In this document: piece after piece, positions 61,760 through 64,000 of the stretch
How positions within the stretch are numbered: the first letter of the stretch is position 1
How the letters are laid out: every line of letters begins with the position of its first letter
From: a virus
Lineage: Duplodnaviria; Caudoviricetes
Virus record (IMG/VR): IMGVR_UViG_3300005937_000414
Coordinates: 4,117-68,116 of that record
Direction: 5' to 3' (one strand)
Length of the DNA stretch: 64,000 bases
Notes under the pieces: generated by a model
Databases searched by the model: none
What the model was told of the DNA's origin: nothing
What the model saw: only the letters and a program-made list of their open reading frames with translations
Program-made: the position numbers and the translations under genes

Positions 61760-62420
61760 ATGGCACTGAAAAGGACTTCCAGAGACAAGCGGATGCGCGT
61801 TCGCACCGTGCGCACTCGCGAGGAGCGCAAGCGCCCCAGCGTTTTCATGCGCTTGAAAGCGGACGAGAGCTTCCGGGGCGTCGCTCTGTTCGAGCCGGAT
61901 CCCGAAGCGGCCGAGAAGGGTGAAAACCCCGGCTACTTCGAGTATTACGATCACTACGACAAGGCCGGGAACACGTACGTCCCGTGCAGCGGCGAGGACT
62001 GCCCGTTCTGTGCGGCGAACGACAACCCGTCCACCCGCGCCCTGACCGCCTGGTACTTCCCCGAGGCTCCGGACGCGAAGGATCAGATCAAGCTTTTCAC
62101 GATGAACTACAGCACCATCGAGGACATCACGGACGAAGCCGAGGAAGAGGACGGGATTCTCGGCAAGAAGATCCGCATCAAGCGGCTCGATGACCGGGGG
62201 AATTACAAGATCAAGGTACTCCCCGACAAGCCGCTCACGGCCAAGCAGCAGAAGGATCTGCTCAAGCGCCTGGAGGAAGAGGTGCTCAAGGGCGACGGCA
62301 TGGAGGGACTCGTCGTCGCGCAACTGAAAAGGCAGATCGAGCGGCTCAAGGCTCTCGACTTGCTCGAAGAGGAAGAAGAGGAAGACGAGGACGGCGACGA
62401 GGACGAGGAGGAGATCCAGA
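61760..62420 (+). CDS. ssDNA-binding protein (gp32-like), C-terminus interrupted at the junction
   Basis: H...C...CPFC Zn site, aromatic OB-like core, long acidic tail; sequence character changes abruptly after ...GAGATCCAGA. Confidence 0.65.
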
Positions 62421-63997
62421 CCGGCACGCGGGCCGCGGCGGCGGGCGGCGCGTCCGCGCGCGAGCGTCCCGAACGGCTCCCAGAGCGCCCAGCCCTGTCG
62501 GCCAGCCAGGGCGGAGGCACGGGCGGCGACTGGCCCGAGCCCCGCGAAAGCTCCCCGGTCGAGCCGCAACAACGTGTCGGCGAACTCGACATCCGCCTTC
62601 GTGGATAGATGGCCACCGCCCATGCGACGGCGGGCGGCTGCCAGCCGAAGGGCGGCCACGTCCGAGCGTCCCGCGCGCAGGCTCCCACGGGCCTCCGCGA
62701 GCAGGCCCTCGACGTGGAGTCGGTTCGAGTCCAGTTCACCCGCGAGTCGCTGCACCTCGCGGCCGAGCTCGACCGCGCGCGCAGGCGATCCGACGAAGGT
62801 CTCGGCCATCGCGTGGAACGCGATCGCGTCGGCTTCCGCGTACCGGAACCCAGAGCGCTGGGCGAGGGGCCGCGCCTCCTGCATGTGCCCGACCGCGTCC
62901 GCGAACTCGCCCCGGTAGAACGCCGCCGACCCCGCCGTCCGAGCGAGCGACGCCCTCGAACGCAGGTCGCCCTCGTCCCCGGTGAGCCGCTCGGCCCGCG
63001 TGAACCACCGCCGGAAATCCCGACCGCCGTGGGGCGTGAGCACGAACGCGAGGTCGTGCGCCGCGACCGACATCCCCCACCGGTCGCGCGACCGGGCGAA
63101 CAGCGCGTAGGAGGCGACGAGGTCCCGGATCTCCCGATTCGGATCGCTGCTGCCCCAGGCCTCGGAGCGGCGATGGAGCGCCCATGCCTCGCCGCGCAGG
63201 TCGCCTTCCGCGTGGAACAGTCGCCGGGCATCCTGCACGAGCGTTCGTGCCCGCGCCGACCGACCGAGGTCGGACTCGGTCCGGCCGAGGCAGAGCAACG
63301 CGCGGGCCCGGCGCTTCCGATCGCGGATCCGCTCCGCGATCCCCCTGGCCTCTGAGGCGTCGACGAGCGCCTCCCGATGGTCCCCCATCTCGATCAGGCT
63401 CTCGGCGCGGCCGATCAACAGGTCCGCGAGCTCCGCCGGCTCTATCCCTTCCGGCGCCGAGCGGGCAACGGCGAGCGCCCGGCCAAAGATCGAAGCCGCA
63501 AGCCCCGCTTCGTACGCGAACGTGCGCTCCGCCCATCGGCGCAACGACCGGGCGGCGAGCGCCGCGGTCTCGACGGGCGCGCCCCTCCCGACCCGGGAGC
63601 GCCCGAGCTCCCAGGCTCGCTCGCGGTGGTGCGCCACCGACGCGACCGGATCCTCCTTCAGGTCCGCCTCGCGCTCCTCGAGCCACGCGGCGATCGCCAG
63701 GTGCTTAGCCGAGCGTTCGGCGCGCGGGATCGAGCCGTAGGCCACCTCGCGGATCAGGACGTGCTTGACTTCGAGCTCAACCGCGCCGGGAAGGACGCTG
63801 GGCTCTCGCCGGACGAGGAGCCCGCGCTCCTGGAGGACGTCGACGGCCCGGCCGGATCCGCGCCCGGCCGACAGGTGCTCGAGCAACCGGTCCCACGTCG
63901 CCTCGCCCGAGACCGCCGCGTCCTGGAGCACTGACTTCTCGCTCGGCGGCAGCCCGTCGAGACGGGCGGCGATCAGGCGGCGGATCGTGGACGGCAC
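62421..63997 (-). pseudogene. fragment of a bacterial cyclase-associated AAA ATPase/TPR protein
   Basis: TIRRLIAARLDGL...KHVLIREVAY...TPR-like helices; much higher GC; open at the window end and broken at the junction. Confidence 0.7.
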
Positions 63998-64000
63998 GCC

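Noticed and set aside
479-62000. Most long minus-strand and alternate-frame ORFs in the track (e.g. 32695-34203, 23545-24930, 4182-4967)
   Set aside because: Shadow ORFs of GC-rich coding sequence, with no motifs or SD and overlapping well-supported genes.
61658-63997. 779-aa minus-strand ORF as a single gene, and the 282-aa SSB ORF in full
   Set aside because: Both read across the ~62,420 junction; the parts beyond it are antisense read-through.
1-64000. Prophage with integrase/att sites, or a recoded genetic code
   Set aside because: No integrase or att repeat seen; genes end normally at TGA, TAG and TAA.

Overview
Positions 1 to about 62,420 are most of a GC-rich contractile-tailed (myovirus-type) phage genome, probably infecting Actinomycetota. 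The host call is inferred from an Rpf-type muralytic gene, Amidase_2 lysins, sigma-A-type TTGACA-N17-TAC(T/A)GT promoters and leaderless starts. Gene order: recombination/repair genes (RuvC-like, SF2 helicase, HIRAN); an early region of small genes under repeated strong promoters, with a structured ncRNA and a tRNA-shaped RNA; a lower-GC minus-strand three-gene cassette (MoxR/CbbQ-type AAA+ ATPase, partner, small ORF) between two largely non-coding ~1 kb regions; terminase; a fibre-like paralogue array; portal; a run of tiny ultra-basic genes; head; contractile tail and baseplate; lysis; DnaB, primase and SSB. At about 62,420 the SSB gene is cut and joined to a much more GC-rich bacterial ATPase/TPR gene on the minus strand, probably a chimeric junction. 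Eleven free-standing homing endonucleases are present (7 HNH, 4 LAGLIDADG). Most unusual signals: (1) each gene of the minus-strand cassette is bracketed by its own long-range inverted repeat, with mismatches biased toward G-U pairs in the mRNA; (2) the hexamer TGAAA(A/T) is strongly over-represented on both strands of the phage DNA, forms dense arrays flanking that cassette and is absent from the bacterial segment; (3) most endonuclease genes sit between a native and a synonymously recoded copy of the neighbouring gene's terminus; (4) a protamine-like gene cluster; (5) a tRNA-His-like RNA with a 9-nt anticodon loop. All counts were made by eye; no database searches were run.
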